Below are positions 27,347-37,284 of a stretch of 64,000 bases of DNA, in pieces (the stretch's first letter is position 1; each line of letters starts with the position of its first letter). The notes under the pieces were generated by a model. It did not search any database and was not told the origin of the DNA. It saw only the letters and a list, made by a program, of their open reading frames with translations. Source of the stretch: an uncultured delta proteobacterium (GTDB lineage: Bacteria; Desulfobacterota; Syntrophorhabdia; Syntrophorhabdales; WCHB1-27); assembly GCA_963750015.1 (NCBI GenBank), contig CAVVPU010000134.1, positions 7,137-71,136 of the forward strand, written 5' to 3'. Made by a program: the position numbers and the translations under genes.

Positions 27347-28007
27347 GTGCGTTTTTCAGCTCCTCGATCTGGACACTGATTCTCCCGTCTATGTCGCCCA
27401 TGCTCGTCTCGATGATGAAGCCCGGTTCCCTGAGCGTGTCGTCGGCAACGATCTTGATGCGATCGGAGGCAACTCCTTCCACGTACTTCATATCTTCGCT
27501 CCTCGTTCTGATGAGCAACTCGTTCTTCTCCTCGCAGGCGTCGAGAGCCTTTCTGATCATGCCCGCCACAAGCTCTCTCTTCTCGGAACATTCCCTGAGC
27601 ACAAGGGCTTCGGCGAAGACCAGGGCAAGGTCCGTGGCGAGACGCTCAAATCTCCGACTCAGCTCCCGCCTGAAAGAGGCCACCTCATCTATCTGCTTTT
27701 CGAGCCTCTTGGCTATCGATTCGACGCGGCGCAAGCCCATTTCGTATCCTGCTTTCTCTCCTTGGGCATACGCATCCTCGAAAGCTTTTCTAGTTTGGTC
27801 CTCCAGGGAGGGTGTCGTCACCGGGGGCTCTATCGTCGTCTCCGGCTCCTGCGCCTCGGACTCCGGCTCCGGCTCCCGCTCCGGTGCGGCTTCTTCTAAG
27901 GCCTCAGGCTCTGTCTTTGAAAAAAGATCGACAAACTGCGCTCCCTCGCTCCATTCGCCGTCCGCCTCGAGGTCCTCAAGGGTGAAGGGCACGGAGGAGT
28001 TATACAA
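27324..28007 (-). CDS. fliH: flagellar export protein FliH
   Basis: 227 aa with an acidic N-terminus and a FliH-like C-terminal half. Lies between fliG and fliI, overlapping both. Confidence 0.8.
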   Translation of the reverse strand: MYNSSVPFTLEDLEADGEWSEGAQFVDLFSKTEPEALEEAAPEREPEPESEAQEPETTIEPPVTTPSLEDQTRKAFEDAYAQGEKAGYEMGLRRVESIAKRLEKQIDEVASFRRELSRRFERLATDLALVFAEALVLRECSEKRELVAGMIRKALDACEEKNELLIRTRSEDMKYVEGVASDRIKIVADDTLREPGFIIETSMGDIDGRISVQIEELKNALAGYHGT

Positions 28008-29001
28008 ATCGTTCGCCTCCCTTTGAAAGTATGATCTTCCCCTCTGCCTCGAGCTTCTTGGCGATCATCGCTATCTTCACTTGGGCGCGTTCGACGTCCG
28101 CTACCCTGACCGGCCCCATGGCTTCAAGGTCTTCTTTCAACATGGCGCCGGCCCGCTCGGACATATTGTTGAAAATTTTCTCTTTGATGGTGTCGGAAGC
28201 CCCTTTCAAAGCAACGGCGACATCCTCCGAAGTGATCTCCTTCAAAAGAACCTGCATGCCTCTGTCGTCGACCTTCAGAAGGTCTTCGAAGGTAAACATG
28301 AGCTGTCTTATCCGCTCTGCAAGGGCCGGGTCTGCTTCCTCGATCTTATCGAGCAGCTCGCCCTCGAGCTTTCTGTCCATCTGGTTGAGGATGCTCGCCA
28401 CCAGCTCCACACCGCCTATCTGCTTGCCTTCAGCCCCTCCGAACGACTCCAGTTGCTCCCTCAGGACGGTCTCCACTTCTTCGATGATCTTCTTATCGAC
28501 CTTTTCCAGGTTTGCCATGCGCATGATGATTTCACGATGTATCTTCTCAGGCAGATAGGTCACGAGATCGCAGGCCTTTTTGACACTCAGTATGGAAAGG
28601 ACGAGGGCGATGGTCTGAGGATGCTCTCCACGGAGCACGTTTGCGAGGATGCGCGGGTCCGATGTCCTGAGAAACTCACCGGGCATGCCCTTTCTCGATT
28701 CCATGTTACCGAGGAATAGCTCGGCTTTTTCGCTGCCCAAACTCTTTTCGATGAGCATCTTGAACCTGCCCTCGCCGCCGACGACGTTCTGTTTCCTTCC
28801 GTCGACTTTCTTGATGAACTCATCGTGCACCTTGGCGACGACGTCATGCGGAATAAGACGCAACTTGGCTATTTCCTGGCCCACCGCCTCTATGTCTTCC
28901 TCTTCGAGATCCTTGATGATCTCTTTCGAAAGCTCTTCGTCCATGGTCAGCAGTAGAATGGCTGCCTTTCTTATTCCCGGGATTTCAGCGTTGCTATCCA
29001 C
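28000..29001 (-). CDS. fliG: flagellar motor switch protein FliG
   Basis: 333 aa. IRKAAILLLTMDEELS N-terminus, EHPQTIALVLS motif and a C-terminal torque helix region. Confidence 0.95.
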   Translation of the reverse strand: MDSNAEIPGIRKAAILLLTMDEELSKEIIKDLEEEDIEAVGQEIAKLRLIPHDVVAKVHDEFIKKVDGRKQNVVGGEGRFKMLIEKSLGSEKAELFLGNMESRKGMPGEFLRTSDPRILANVLRGEHPQTIALVLSILSVKKACDLVTYLPEKIHREIIMRMANLEKVDKKIIEEVETVLREQLESFGGAEGKQIGGVELVASILNQMDRKLEGELLDKIEEADPALAERIRQLMFTFEDLLKVDDRGMQVLLKEITSEDVAVALKGASDTIKEKIFNNMSERAGAMLKEDLEAMGPVRVADVERAQVKIAMIAKKLEAEGKIILSKGGERFV

Positions 29002-30606
29002 TTAGGGAGTCTCCTTTACCCATTCACGAATGATCGATCCCACGAGACTCTTGTCCTTCAGGGCATCGGCCATTGCAGTCGGAGGTTGGGCCTTATCTAT
29101 GCCCGCAAGGGCGGGCTTCGCTGCCGATTCGCCTGCCTTGAGGTATACGTCCTGTACCTGTTGGAGAGGCACTGGTTCGTCCTTCTTCTGGAACATTCTG
29201 AAAAGGGGTCTCAGGAAGAAGAGGAAGACGCACAACAACATGATGGAATAGAAGACGTACTTGCCGAGATTCACCACCAGGTCCTTGTTTTCCGGACTTC
29301 CAAAAAGGCTCTTTTCTTCGGGAAACGTCTCCACCTCGAAGGGCATGTTAAGAACCTCTATCTTGTCACCTCTTTGCTCGTCGAACCCTGCGGCCCTCAC
29401 AACGAGATTCTTAATGTTGTCAAGCTCCGGCTGAGACCTCGGGATATATTTCAGCTCTTCGCCTTTCTTTCCCTTGACCTTCTCGTATTTGCCATCGACA
29501 AGCACAGCCAGGGATATTCGCTTTATATCCCCGAAAGGCTCGACGATCTTTTCTACCGATTTGCTCACTTCATAGGTCACGTTCGAGTCTTGTTTTTCAC
29601 TGGTATTAACGTTCTGCTCTTCGGTTTTTACGTCCTGACCCGCCCCCTTGCTGGTCACTTTTGCGAGGTTGGCAGGAACGCCGGGGACACCGCCGGGCCT
29701 GGGCCGGCTGCTGGTCATCTTTTCGGAGCTTTTTCTCTCCGCTGATACGGCTGTCTTGTCCGGCAAGAAATTCTCCTCCGTCTTCTCGACCTTCCTGAGA
29801 TTTAGATCGACACTTGCCCGGACGATCGATTTGCTGTTCTGAAGGAAGGTATCCAACATTGATTGAACGGAATTCTCTATCGTCTTCTCCACGTTACGCT
29901 GCAGCTCATACTGTTGACCGGAAAGCATCACGTCGGAACTGGAATCGCCGGTCCGGTGAAGCATCCTGCCCGTTGAGTCTACGACGACCACGTTCTCGGG
30001 CTTAAGGCCCTCCACACTTCCTGCTATGAGATTAACTATGCCGAGGACCTGTTCCTTCGACAACTGTTTGCCTTGCCTCAGCTTCAGGAACACGGAAGCC
30101 GTCGTCTCTTGCTCCTTGTCGGTAAAAAGGGTCTTTTCCGGTATTGCGATGTGTATACGAGAGGCGGCGACCTCGGGCATCTGGTTGATCGTCCTTGTCA
30201 GCTCACCCTGAATCGCCCTCTTATAATTGACGTTTTGCATAAACTCGGTCATTCCGTAGTTCGTCTTATCGAAAAGTTCAAGCCCGACGCTCCCGCCACC
30301 GGGCAGCGCATTGGCCGAGGCGAGGGCGAGCCTGACGTCGGCAATTCGCTCCTTGGGCACTGATATGGTAGTACCGTTCGCCTCCAGCCTGTAAGGGATT
30401 TTTTGCTCCTTCAGTTTAGTTACGATCATGGAAGCATCTTCGGTCGACAGCCCGGCGAAGAGTGACTGATACTCCTCCTTCTGAAGAAAGGAAAGGCAGA
30501 TCGCAGAACCACCGATCACCGCCACGAGAATGCCTATATAGATATAGAGCCTGTTTTTCGGGATGTTCTTCAGGTAGTTCTTGACAGTGACGAGGTACGC
30601 CTCCAT
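29002..30606 (-). CDS. fliF: flagellar MS-ring protein FliF
   Basis: 534 aa. N-terminal TM, YscJ/FliF ring-building motifs and a second TM near the C-terminus. Confidence 0.95.
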   Translation of the reverse strand: MEAYLVTVKNYLKNIPKNRLYIYIGILVAVIGGSAICLSFLQKEEYQSLFAGLSTEDASMIVTKLKEQKIPYRLEANGTTISVPKERIADVRLALASANALPGGGSVGLELFDKTNYGMTEFMQNVNYKRAIQGELTRTINQMPEVAASRIHIAIPEKTLFTDKEQETTASVFLKLRQGKQLSKEQVLGIVNLIAGSVEGLKPENVVVVDSTGRMLHRTGDSSSDVMLSGQQYELQRNVEKTIENSVQSMLDTFLQNSKSIVRASVDLNLRKVEKTEENFLPDKTAVSAERKSSEKMTSSRPRPGGVPGVPANLAKVTSKGAGQDVKTEEQNVNTSEKQDSNVTYEVSKSVEKIVEPFGDIKRISLAVLVDGKYEKVKGKKGEELKYIPRSQPELDNIKNLVVRAAGFDEQRGDKIEVLNMPFEVETFPEEKSLFGSPENKDLVVNLGKYVFYSIMLLCVFLFFLRPLFRMFQKKDEPVPLQQVQDVYLKAGESAAKPALAGIDKAQPPTAMADALKDKSLVGSIIREWVKETP

Positions 30607-30609
30607 CTA

Positions 30610-30897
30610 CTATACCTGTATCCTCATGATCTCTTCGTAGGCGCTTATGATCTTGTTTCTTATCTGCATCATGAGCTGAAAGCTCAGATCGGCCTTCTCC
30701 ACTGCGATCATGGTGTTGTGGATGTCCTGACCGTCCATTTTGACGAGGTTCTCCGTCTGCTGGCTCGCTTCCTTTTCCAGTTCTCCGACCTTGTTGATCG
30801 AATCCTTCAGGACTTGAGAAAAAGAACCGTTGCTTTTTTCCGCCTTCTGCGAGCCAGTCTGGGCGAAGTTGTCAAGTACGACCTTTTCTACCTTCAT
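30610..30897 (-). CDS. fliE: flagellar hook-basal body protein FliE
   Basis: 95 aa. C-terminal LSFQLMMQIRNKIISAYEEIMRIQV is typical of FliE. Confidence 0.88.
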   Translation of the reverse strand: MKVEKVVLDNFAQTGSQKAEKSNGSFSQVLKDSINKVGELEKEASQQTENLVKMDGQDIHNTMIAVEKADLSFQLMMQIRNKIISAYEEIMRIQV

Positions 30898-30905
30898 GGC
30901 TTCTC

Positions 30906-31337
30906 CTATTTGCCGATATCGAGAGCCTTCGTAAACATCTCCTTGGCGCTGTTGACGACATTTATGTTCGCCTCGTAGGCTCTAGTGGCGGCGATCATAT
31001 CACTCATCTCTTCCATGACATTCACATTGGGATAAGTGACATACCCGTCGGCATCCGCATCAGGATGGTAGGGATCGTAGGTCCGCTCGAAGGGCTTTGG
31101 GCTCTCCACGACTTCATCTACCTGAACTCCTTCTACTTTCTCCTGGAGCGTGGTCTGGAATCCCTTATCATTCGAGACGTCCGCCGGCACAAAAACCACC
31201 TCCTTCTTTCTATACGGCCCCCCCTCGTCGGTCCTCGTCGTCTGGGCATTAGCCATGTTCGTGGAAATGGCTTCCATTCTCGTTCTTTGTGCCTGCAAGC
31301 CGGACGCGCTAATTGTCATTACATCAAGTATTCCCAT
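30906..31337 (-). CDS. flgC: flagellar proximal rod protein FlgC
   Basis: 143 aa. ISASGLQAQRTRMEAISTNMANAQTT and a C-terminal ATRAYEANINV. Confidence 0.93.
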   Translation of the reverse strand: MGILDVMTISASGLQAQRTRMEAISTNMANAQTTRTDEGGPYRKKEVVFVPADVSNDKGFQTTLQEKVEGVQVDEVVESPKPFERTYDPYHPDADADGYVTYPNVNVMEEMSDMIAATRAYEANINVVNSAKEMFTKALDIGK

Positions 31338-31681
31338 TAGGACTGCCCCCCTCCGTTGATTACGTACTTCATCATAGAAAACTTCTTGCTGATGAGCTGC
31401 ACCAGAGCGTTGTACATGAGGCTATTCTCCGTCATCTTGACGACCTGCTCCTCCACGTTCACCGTATTCCCGTCCAACGAACCGGCCCCGTCAGGAGGAT
31501 CGTTCTCCGTGACGCGCACGCTCGATGGATCGCCGTTTCCGGAACGATCGATTTCGGCCTGAAAATCTATCTTCTTCTCGCTGTAGCCCGGCGTTTCGAC
31601 GTTGGCGATGTTCGATGCCAGCACTCTTTGATAGAAGGCCCTTATGTTAAGCGCCTTTTCGAGGAGTCCTAAGGTGCTCAT
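31337..31681 (-). CDS. flgB: flagellar proximal rod protein FlgB
   Basis: 114 aa with RVLASNIANVETPGY. Overlaps the flgC start. Confidence 0.9.
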   Translation of the reverse strand: MSTLGLLEKALNIRAFYQRVLASNIANVETPGYSEKKIDFQAEIDRSGNGDPSSVRVTENDPPDGAGSLDGNTVNVEEQVVKMTENSLMYNALVQLISKKFSMMKYVINGGGQS

Positions 31682-31692
31682 CTTCGCTCCTT

Positions 31693-32991
31693 TTAGGGAA
31701 CCGCCAGCCCCAAGTCCCTATACTCTTTTATCTTGTTTCTGAGCGTTCTCGCCGTTATCCCGAGTCTCGTAGCCGCCCGGGTCCTGTTGCCGTTCATCGA
31801 TTTGAGGGCGTCGAGGATCAGCTTCATCTCCATGTCCTTCACCGAACCGACTGCATCCACCGGAAAGGACGGGGAAACGTCATTTCTCACCTCACACGGG
31901 TCCTGGAGATGAGAAAGCTTGATTACCTTATAATCGGAAAGAATGCAGGCCCTCGCGATCGTATTCTCCAGTTCCCTTACATTGCCCTTCCAGTTCCGCT
32001 GGATGAGATAATTCATGCTCTCCTGTTCCAGGCGCATATCCATGCCCCGGCTATACTTTTTCAACAGGTCTGCCACGAGCTGCGGGATATCCTCCCTGCG
32101 CTCCCTCAAGGGAGGCACGATGATAGGGAAAACGTTGAGCCGGTAATAGAGGTCTTCCCGGAATTTCCCCTCCTCAATGAGGCGCGTGATGTTCCTGTTG
32201 GTCGTAGCGATCACCTTCACGTCGACTTTCCGAGGGAATTTGGAGCCGATCACCTCGACCTCCCTCTCCTGCAGGACGCGTAGGAGCTTGGCTTGCAACC
32301 TCATGTCCATCTCCGTGACTTCGTCGAGAAGAATAGTCCCTTTGTCTGCGAGTTCGAATTTCCCGGGTTTCCTCGTGGCCGCTCCCGTGAAAGCTCCCTT
32401 CTCGAAGCCAAAGAGCTCGCTTTCCAGCAGGTTCTCCGGAAGGGCCGCGCAATTGACGGCAACGAAGGGCATTTCCTTACGGTCTCCGTTTTCATGTACG
32501 TATCGGGAGATCAATTCCTTTCCCACCCCACTCTCGCCCATGACCAGGACGGTGGCGTCCGATTTTGCCACCTGGAGGGCCTTTGCGAGCACCTCTTGCA
32601 TGCTTCTCGACGAACAAACAATCTTTCCGCCGTTAACGCCGAGGGCACGCTCGACGACACCATAGAGGGTTTCCGTGTTAAAGGGCTTCTGGATGTAATC
32701 GAAGGCTCCCTCTTTCATGGCATTCACCGCATGCTCCACCGTTCCGTAGGCAGTAATAACGATGACGGGCAAGGTGCATTGCTCTTTCTTGATGTGACCG
32801 AGAAGATCGATGCCGTTCATATGGGGCATCTTCACGTCGGTAATCACGAGGTCGTAAGCTGACTTCTTGATTGATTCAAGGGCAACTTTTCCGTCCTCGG
32901 CAGAACCTACGCCATAGCCTGCCTCTGTGAGCGCTTCGGCGAGGGCAGTACGCATGTGGTAGTCGTCGTCTATTACCAGAATGTTTCTCAT
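31693..32991 (-). CDS. sigma-54-dependent response regulator (FlrC/FleR/FlgR-like)
   Basis: 432 aa. REC (NILVIDDD, LVITDVKMPHMNG), an AAA+ sigma-54 interaction domain (GESGVGKE, ESELFGFEKGAFTGA) and a C-terminal Fis-type HTH. Lies 11 nt upstream of flgB. Confidence 0.9.
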   Translation of the reverse strand: MRNILVIDDDYHMRTALAEALTEAGYGVGSAEDGKVALESIKKSAYDLVITDVKMPHMNGIDLLGHIKKEQCTLPVIVITAYGTVEHAVNAMKEGAFDYIQKPFNTETLYGVVERALGVNGGKIVCSSRSMQEVLAKALQVAKSDATVLVMGESGVGKELISRYVHENGDRKEMPFVAVNCAALPENLLESELFGFEKGAFTGAATRKPGKFELADKGTILLDEVTEMDMRLQAKLLRVLQEREVEVIGSKFPRKVDVKVIATTNRNITRLIEEGKFREDLYYRLNVFPIIVPPLRERREDIPQLVADLLKKYSRGMDMRLEQESMNYLIQRNWKGNVRELENTIARACILSDYKVIKLSHLQDPCEVRNDVSPSFPVDAVGSVKDMEMKLILDALKSMNGNRTRAATRLGITARTLRNKIKEYRDLGLAVP

Positions 32992-34103
32992 GATCGCCCT
33001 TTCGGCAGGTATACGGTAAAGGACGAGCCTTTACCCTCTTCTGATTCTACTTCCACGTAACCGTTGTGGGCCTTGATGATATTATGGGCGATAAAGAGTC
33101 CCAGACCGACACCCTTGTCTTTCGTCGTAAAAAAAGGGTTAAAAATATTCCGGCGCGTCTCTTCGCTCATGCCCACACCCTCATCCGCAAAAGTGACCAG
33201 GACATGCCTGCCTTCGTCCCTAACGTTGACTCTAATGGTGCCTCTATCAATAATCGCCTCCATGGCGTTGCTGGTGAAATTCATCAGGGGAAGCTTTATC
33301 AAATCGGGATCAAACAAGGAAACGCCATCATAGGAACTTTCGAATTCTACGTCGATTGCCTTGCTTCGGATGGAAACGCTCATGAAATCGATTGTCTCCT
33401 TGACCGCGGCGGAAAGCACGCCCTCCCTCAAAACCACGGTCTTCGGTCTCGTGTACGAGAGCAGGTTGTTGATGATCCGGTCGATCGTGTTGACTCCGAA
33501 GATAACAGAGTCGGTGAAGCCTTTCTCCTTATCCCCCACTTTGCCTCTGGCGATCATGGACAGGTAGAGCTGCATGCTGCCTAAAGGATTCTTGATCTCG
33601 TGGGCAATCCTCGCGGCCATCTCTCCCATGGCCCTCAGCCTCTCGTCCCTCTCGGAGCGCTCCTTCATCTTCTGCACTTCAGTCACATCCTCAAAAACGA
33701 TGACATCCTCGCCCTTTGCGCCTGTTGTCAGGCTGCTCTTTCTCCATCTGAAATAGCCCCTCTCGCTCCTTACCTCCCCCATTCCCTCGAGGTCATTCTG
33801 GAGTTTGACCGCAAGGTCGGTCAGACCCTGTTTCTGGGCCTCTTTATTTGTAAATATGGTTGACTCCTGGTCCCGCACGACCACCCCTAAAGGAAGCGAA
33901 TTAAGGATGTTGTAGAAAGATTCCTTTGCCTTTTCCAGCTCTTTGTTCTTTTCATTTATCTCTCTGTTGAGCTGGCTTATGCGGTTCTCCAGATTGAGGT
34001 AATAATTGGTGAGAGAATCTGAAGCCTTGACGAATTCCTGAAAAGCGTTCTTGAGCAATTGAGATTCTGCCGGTTGCATGAAGGGCAGCGAAGCAAAATG
34101 CAT
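32988..34103 (-). CDS. sensor histidine kinase (FlrB/FleS/FlgS-like)
   Basis: 371-aa soluble kinase. H-box AARIAHEIKNPLGSM and HATPase motifs (DEGVGM, GVGLGL). Overlaps the regulator start. Its own start is uncertain (see finding). Confidence 0.88.
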   Translation of the reverse strand: MHFASLPFMQPAESQLLKNAFQEFVKASDSLTNYYLNLENRISQLNREINEKNKELEKAKESFYNILNSLPLGVVVRDQESTIFTNKEAQKQGLTDLAVKLQNDLEGMGEVRSERGYFRWRKSSLTTGAKGEDVIVFEDVTEVQKMKERSERDERLRAMGEMAARIAHEIKNPLGSMQLYLSMIARGKVGDKEKGFTDSVIFGVNTIDRIINNLLSYTRPKTVVLREGVLSAAVKETIDFMSVSIRSKAIDVEFESSYDGVSLFDPDLIKLPLMNFTSNAMEAIIDRGTIRVNVRDEGRHVLVTFADEGVGMSEETRRNIFNPFFTTKDKGVGLGLFIAHNIIKAHNGYVEVESEEGKGSSFTVYLPKGRS

Positions 34104-34333
34104 ACCAAAGCAGCACTGTTAAGGATTATCGACAACATAGGGCATGGGACAAGACCCAAGCCGCCCCTCTTTCGACACCCTGTCCGTCACCCTTTTGACA
34201 CCAAAAGAACAGCAGGGGTCAGAAGCCAAAGGATACCTGTCGGCGGGAGCACTATATTCCGGGGGTAGCCGTGATTTAAAAGAACGAATGCGAGAACGCT
34301 CGCCCGGCGGGGTTGACAGGAATGATAAGGTAT

Positions 34334-35791
34334 CTATTCGGTGGCTATTCCGAGGCGTTTCATCTTTTCGATGAGGGTGGTCCTATTCATGCTCAGAACC
34401 TGGGCCGCTCTGCTCTTGACGCCATTGGTTTCATTGAGCGCCTTGAGGATCAGGTTCTGCTCGAACTCCGAAACAAGCGTATCGTAACCTTTGCGCAGGT
34501 CGAACTGCTGCTCCTCTCTCTTCTGAAGGCCATAAAACTTCTCCGGAAGATCTTCGATATTGATGAGGCCGCCCTTCTTCAGGACCACGAGCCTTTCAAC
34601 CAAATTCTGGAGTTCCCTTACGTTCCCCGGGTAGTCATACTCCATCAAGACTTCCATCGCCTCCTCGGCGAATCCTTCGACACTTGCATTGTTGATGGTG
34701 TTCGATCGTTCGAGGAAGTGGGCGTAAAGCAACGGAATGTCTTGCCTTCTTTCCTTCAAGGGAGGAATGTTGATGGGGACCACGTTTAATCTGTAATAGA
34801 GATCCTCCCTGAACTTGCCTTCCTTCACGAGCTCCTCCAGATGCCGATTGGTGGCTGCAATAATTCTCACGTCTACGTCGATGGTCTTGGAGCCGCCTAT
34901 TCGCTCGAATGTCCTTTCCTGAAGGGCCCTCAAAAGCTTCACCTGAAGGTTGAAGCTCATGTCCCCTATTTCATCGAGAAAAATGGAGCCGCCGTCGGCG
35001 AGCTCGAACCTGCCCAGCCTTGTGGTGGTCGCGCCCGTGAAGGCCCCCTTTTCGTAGCCGAAAAGTTCACTTTCCAGAAGGGCCTCCGGTATTGCGCCGC
35101 AATTAACGACCACCAGTGATTTGTCTCTTCTAGAGGAATTGAAGTGGATAGCCCTCGCCACCAGTTCTTTGCCCACCCCGCTTTCACCGGTAATAAGGAC
35201 CGTGGCACTCGTGTCAGCCACTTTCTCTATCAGCTCGAAAACCTTCTGCATGGCGAAGCTGACGCCGATCATGTTCTCAAACTTGTATTTGTCCCTGAGG
35301 TAGCTCCTGAGCAGGGTGTTTTCGCGGACCGCCCGGTTCTCGGAGAACCTCCTGAGCAAGTTGGCCTTGGCCATCAGCTTCCGTGGGATATTGTCCCCTG
35401 AGAGCAGTTGGTGATAGTTCATCGCCGATTCGACGCTTGCAAGCACGTCTTCGAATTTAAATGGTTTAAGGAGATAGTCGAAGGCGCCGCAACGCATGGC
35501 GCTTATGGCGGTCTCCAAGCTGCCGTAGCCTGTTATCACGATTCCGAGAGTATTGAGGTACTCCTTTTGAATGAAATTTATGAGCTGCAGACCGTCAACC
35601 TTGGGCATGAGGAGGTCAGTGATCAACAGGTGATACCCGTTGTTCTTGAGGGCCGACAAGGCGCTCCTCCCATCGGTAAAAGGGTCCACGGAATAGCCGG
35701 CGTTCGTCAGCAACTCGTTAAGCATACCGAGGATGTGCTGCTCGTCTTCAACGATGATTATCCGGCCCTTTTCCATCCGGTCTTCTTCCAT
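34334..35791 (-). CDS. second sigma-54-dependent response regulator (NtrC family, possible flagellar master regulator)
   Basis: REC (IIIVEDE, LLITDLLMPKVDG), AAA+ (GESGVGKE, ESELFGYEKGAFTGA) and an HTH. ORF starts at GTG 35824, but ATG 35791 has a GAGAGG RBS. Confidence 0.9.
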   Translation of the reverse strand: MEEDRMEKGRIIIVEDEQHILGMLNELLTNAGYSVDPFTDGRSALSALKNNGYHLLITDLLMPKVDGLQLINFIQKEYLNTLGIVITGYGSLETAISAMRCGAFDYLLKPFKFEDVLASVESAMNYHQLLSGDNIPRKLMAKANLLRRFSENRAVRENTLLRSYLRDKYKFENMIGVSFAMQKVFELIEKVADTSATVLITGESGVGKELVARAIHFNSSRRDKSLVVVNCGAIPEALLESELFGYEKGAFTGATTTRLGRFELADGGSIFLDEIGDMSFNLQVKLLRALQERTFERIGGSKTIDVDVRIIAATNRHLEELVKEGKFREDLYYRLNVVPINIPPLKERRQDIPLLYAHFLERSNTINNASVEGFAEEAMEVLMEYDYPGNVRELQNLVERLVVLKKGGLINIEDLPEKFYGLQKREEQQFDLRKGYDTLVSEFEQNLILKALNETNGVKSRAAQVLSMNRTTLIEKMKRLGIATE

Positions 35792-36135
35792 CCCGACCTC
35801 TCGTTTCAAAATGGTTCCACTCACCCGCCCTCTCTCAGGCCGGTAAAAACAGGCGTCGCTCGCAGGCGGCTGATCCTGCTTTCACTAACGATTCCCGCAG
35901 AGTGCACATATTACTTTTCCACAATAAAACGAAGAAAGCAACAACTATGCTCAGGGGGTGGCCGATTACCGCAGATATAGTAGGAATGGAGTTTCTCGTC
36001 ATGTCGTTGACGAGCCTTGGTAAGGGCGTGACGAGCCCTCATATGGAGGCCAGGAAAAGTCGCGGTTGCGGGAACGCGGAGTTCTAAGGACCGCGTCCCA
36101 TCAGGGCAAGGGGCATTATAAGCCCCACCCTGATC

Positions 36136-36609
36136 CTATTCAAAAGAGAAGTCGAGGTACATTACTTCCGGTTCGCCGTTGTTTATCGAGAAATTGAAGG
36201 GCAGAGATACGACGGGGAGCTTCGTGATAAAGTTCGTCTCCACACCTTTGCCCACGACAACCATAGGAATCGATGCTTTGAGATTTACCCCGCTGTTTTC
36301 GAACTCCTTTCGGGCCTGACCGGAAACGATATTGGTCAGCTCCCCTATGGCATCAACGACCTCGGGTCCTACACCGGACGCTTCGTCACCCATGAGGCTG
36401 TTGAAGACAAAGAGAGCTCCTTTTTCTCTGAAGCTTATGGCAATGGTCCCCTTCTTGTCCCCTACCATAGACATTATGCCTGTGACGTCTGCCGAGGTGG
36501 TCCTCGCCTCCTTGAGAACGGGCTTGCCAAGACTCAAATCAATGTTGAGCATTGTCTTGAACACCGTCTGGGCGGCTACGACAAAAGGGTTAATGAACTT
36601 TACTTCCAT
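36136..36609 (-). CDS. cheX: CheX/CheC-family CheY-P phosphatase
   Basis: 157 aa. INPFVVAAQTVFKTML N-terminus and DAIGELTNIVSGQA (the E-x2-N motif of the CheC/CheX family). Lies downstream of cheY. Confidence 0.8.
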   Translation of the reverse strand: MEVKFINPFVVAAQTVFKTMLNIDLSLGKPVLKEARTTSADVTGIMSMVGDKKGTIAISFREKGALFVFNSLMGDEASGVGPEVVDAIGELTNIVSGQARKEFENSGVNLKASIPMVVVGKGVETNFITKLPVVSLPFNFSINNGEPEVMYLDFSFE

Positions 36610-36630
36610 CTCCTCCTCCAGGTGACAGGA

Positions 36631-37005
36631 TTATTTTCCGAACTTGGCCATCGTTTTGCCGATGACTTCCTTGAGTTTTTCCGGCGTAAAGGGCTTAACT
36701 ATGTAGTTGTCCACACCCGCCTTGATGGCTTCCAGAACGCTGTCCTTCTGGGCCTCGGCCGTAACCATAACGAACGGTATGTTCTTGATGGTTTCGTCCT
36801 CTTTGCAGGCCTTAAGGAACTCTATCCCCGTCATCTCGGGCATTATCCAATCGCTGATGATGAACTCGATGTTATCACTTTTCAGTACCGATAACGCATG
36901 TTTACCATTCTCCGCTTCCACGACATTGTCGATACTGATCTGCTTCAAGACGTTCTTTATTATTTTCCTCATCGTCGCAAAGTCATCGACAACCAATACC
37001 CTCAT
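36631..37005 (-). CDS. cheY: chemotaxis response regulator CheY
   Basis: 124-aa single REC (MRVLVVDDFATMRK, FIISDWIMPEMTG, IVKPF). Confidence 0.92.
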   Translation of the reverse strand: MRVLVVDDFATMRKIIKNVLKQISIDNVVEAENGKHALSVLKSDNIEFIISDWIMPEMTGIEFLKACKEDETIKNIPFVMVTAEAQKDSVLEAIKAGVDNYIVKPFTPEKLKEVIGKTMAKFGK

Positions 37006-37055
37006 CTCTCGATCCTCCCTGATCTAGGATTGCAAATCCCTCTGCACTTAAGTAA

Positions 37056-37082
37056 TTATCGTGTGCCCATGACAAAACTTAA
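37056..37082 (-). promoter_or_regulatory. sigma-28 (FliA) type promoter upstream of cheY-cheX
   Basis: Minus strand TTAAGTTT-N11-CACGATAA, compared with TAAAGTTT-N11-GCCGATAA. It lies about 50 nt upstream of the cheY ATG, with a GGGAGGA RBS. Confidence 0.6.
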
Positions 37083-37145
37083 GATTCCTCTCATCCGGAT
37101 CGCCGAAATACCGTCAGATTGCAGGGTTCTCGGGATATTCCTGTA

Positions 37146-37175
37146 TTGACTTTAATTCCGCACCTAGTGTAACAT
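37146..37175 (+). promoter_or_regulatory. sigma-70 type promoter candidate for tRNA-Val
   Basis: TTGACT-N18-TAACAT ending 9 nt before the mature tRNA 5' end. Confidence 0.45.
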
Positions 37176-37184
37176 TAATCTTAC

Positions 37185-37261
37185 GGGCGGTTAGCTCAGA
37201 TGGTTAGAGCGCTGGTCTCACATACCAGAGGTCGTAGGTTCGAATCCTATACTGCCCACCA
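37185..37261 (+). tRNA. tRNA-Val (anticodon CAC), CCA encoded
   Basis: Cloverleaf read by hand. Acceptor GGGCGGT/ACTGCCC, D arm GCTCAGATGGTTAGAGC, anticodon stem CTGGT/ACCAG with loop CTCACAT, T arm GTAGGTTCGAATCCTAT, then ACCA. Confidence 0.9.
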
Positions 37262-37284
37262 CTTCCCCAATAATCGAGGAGCAT

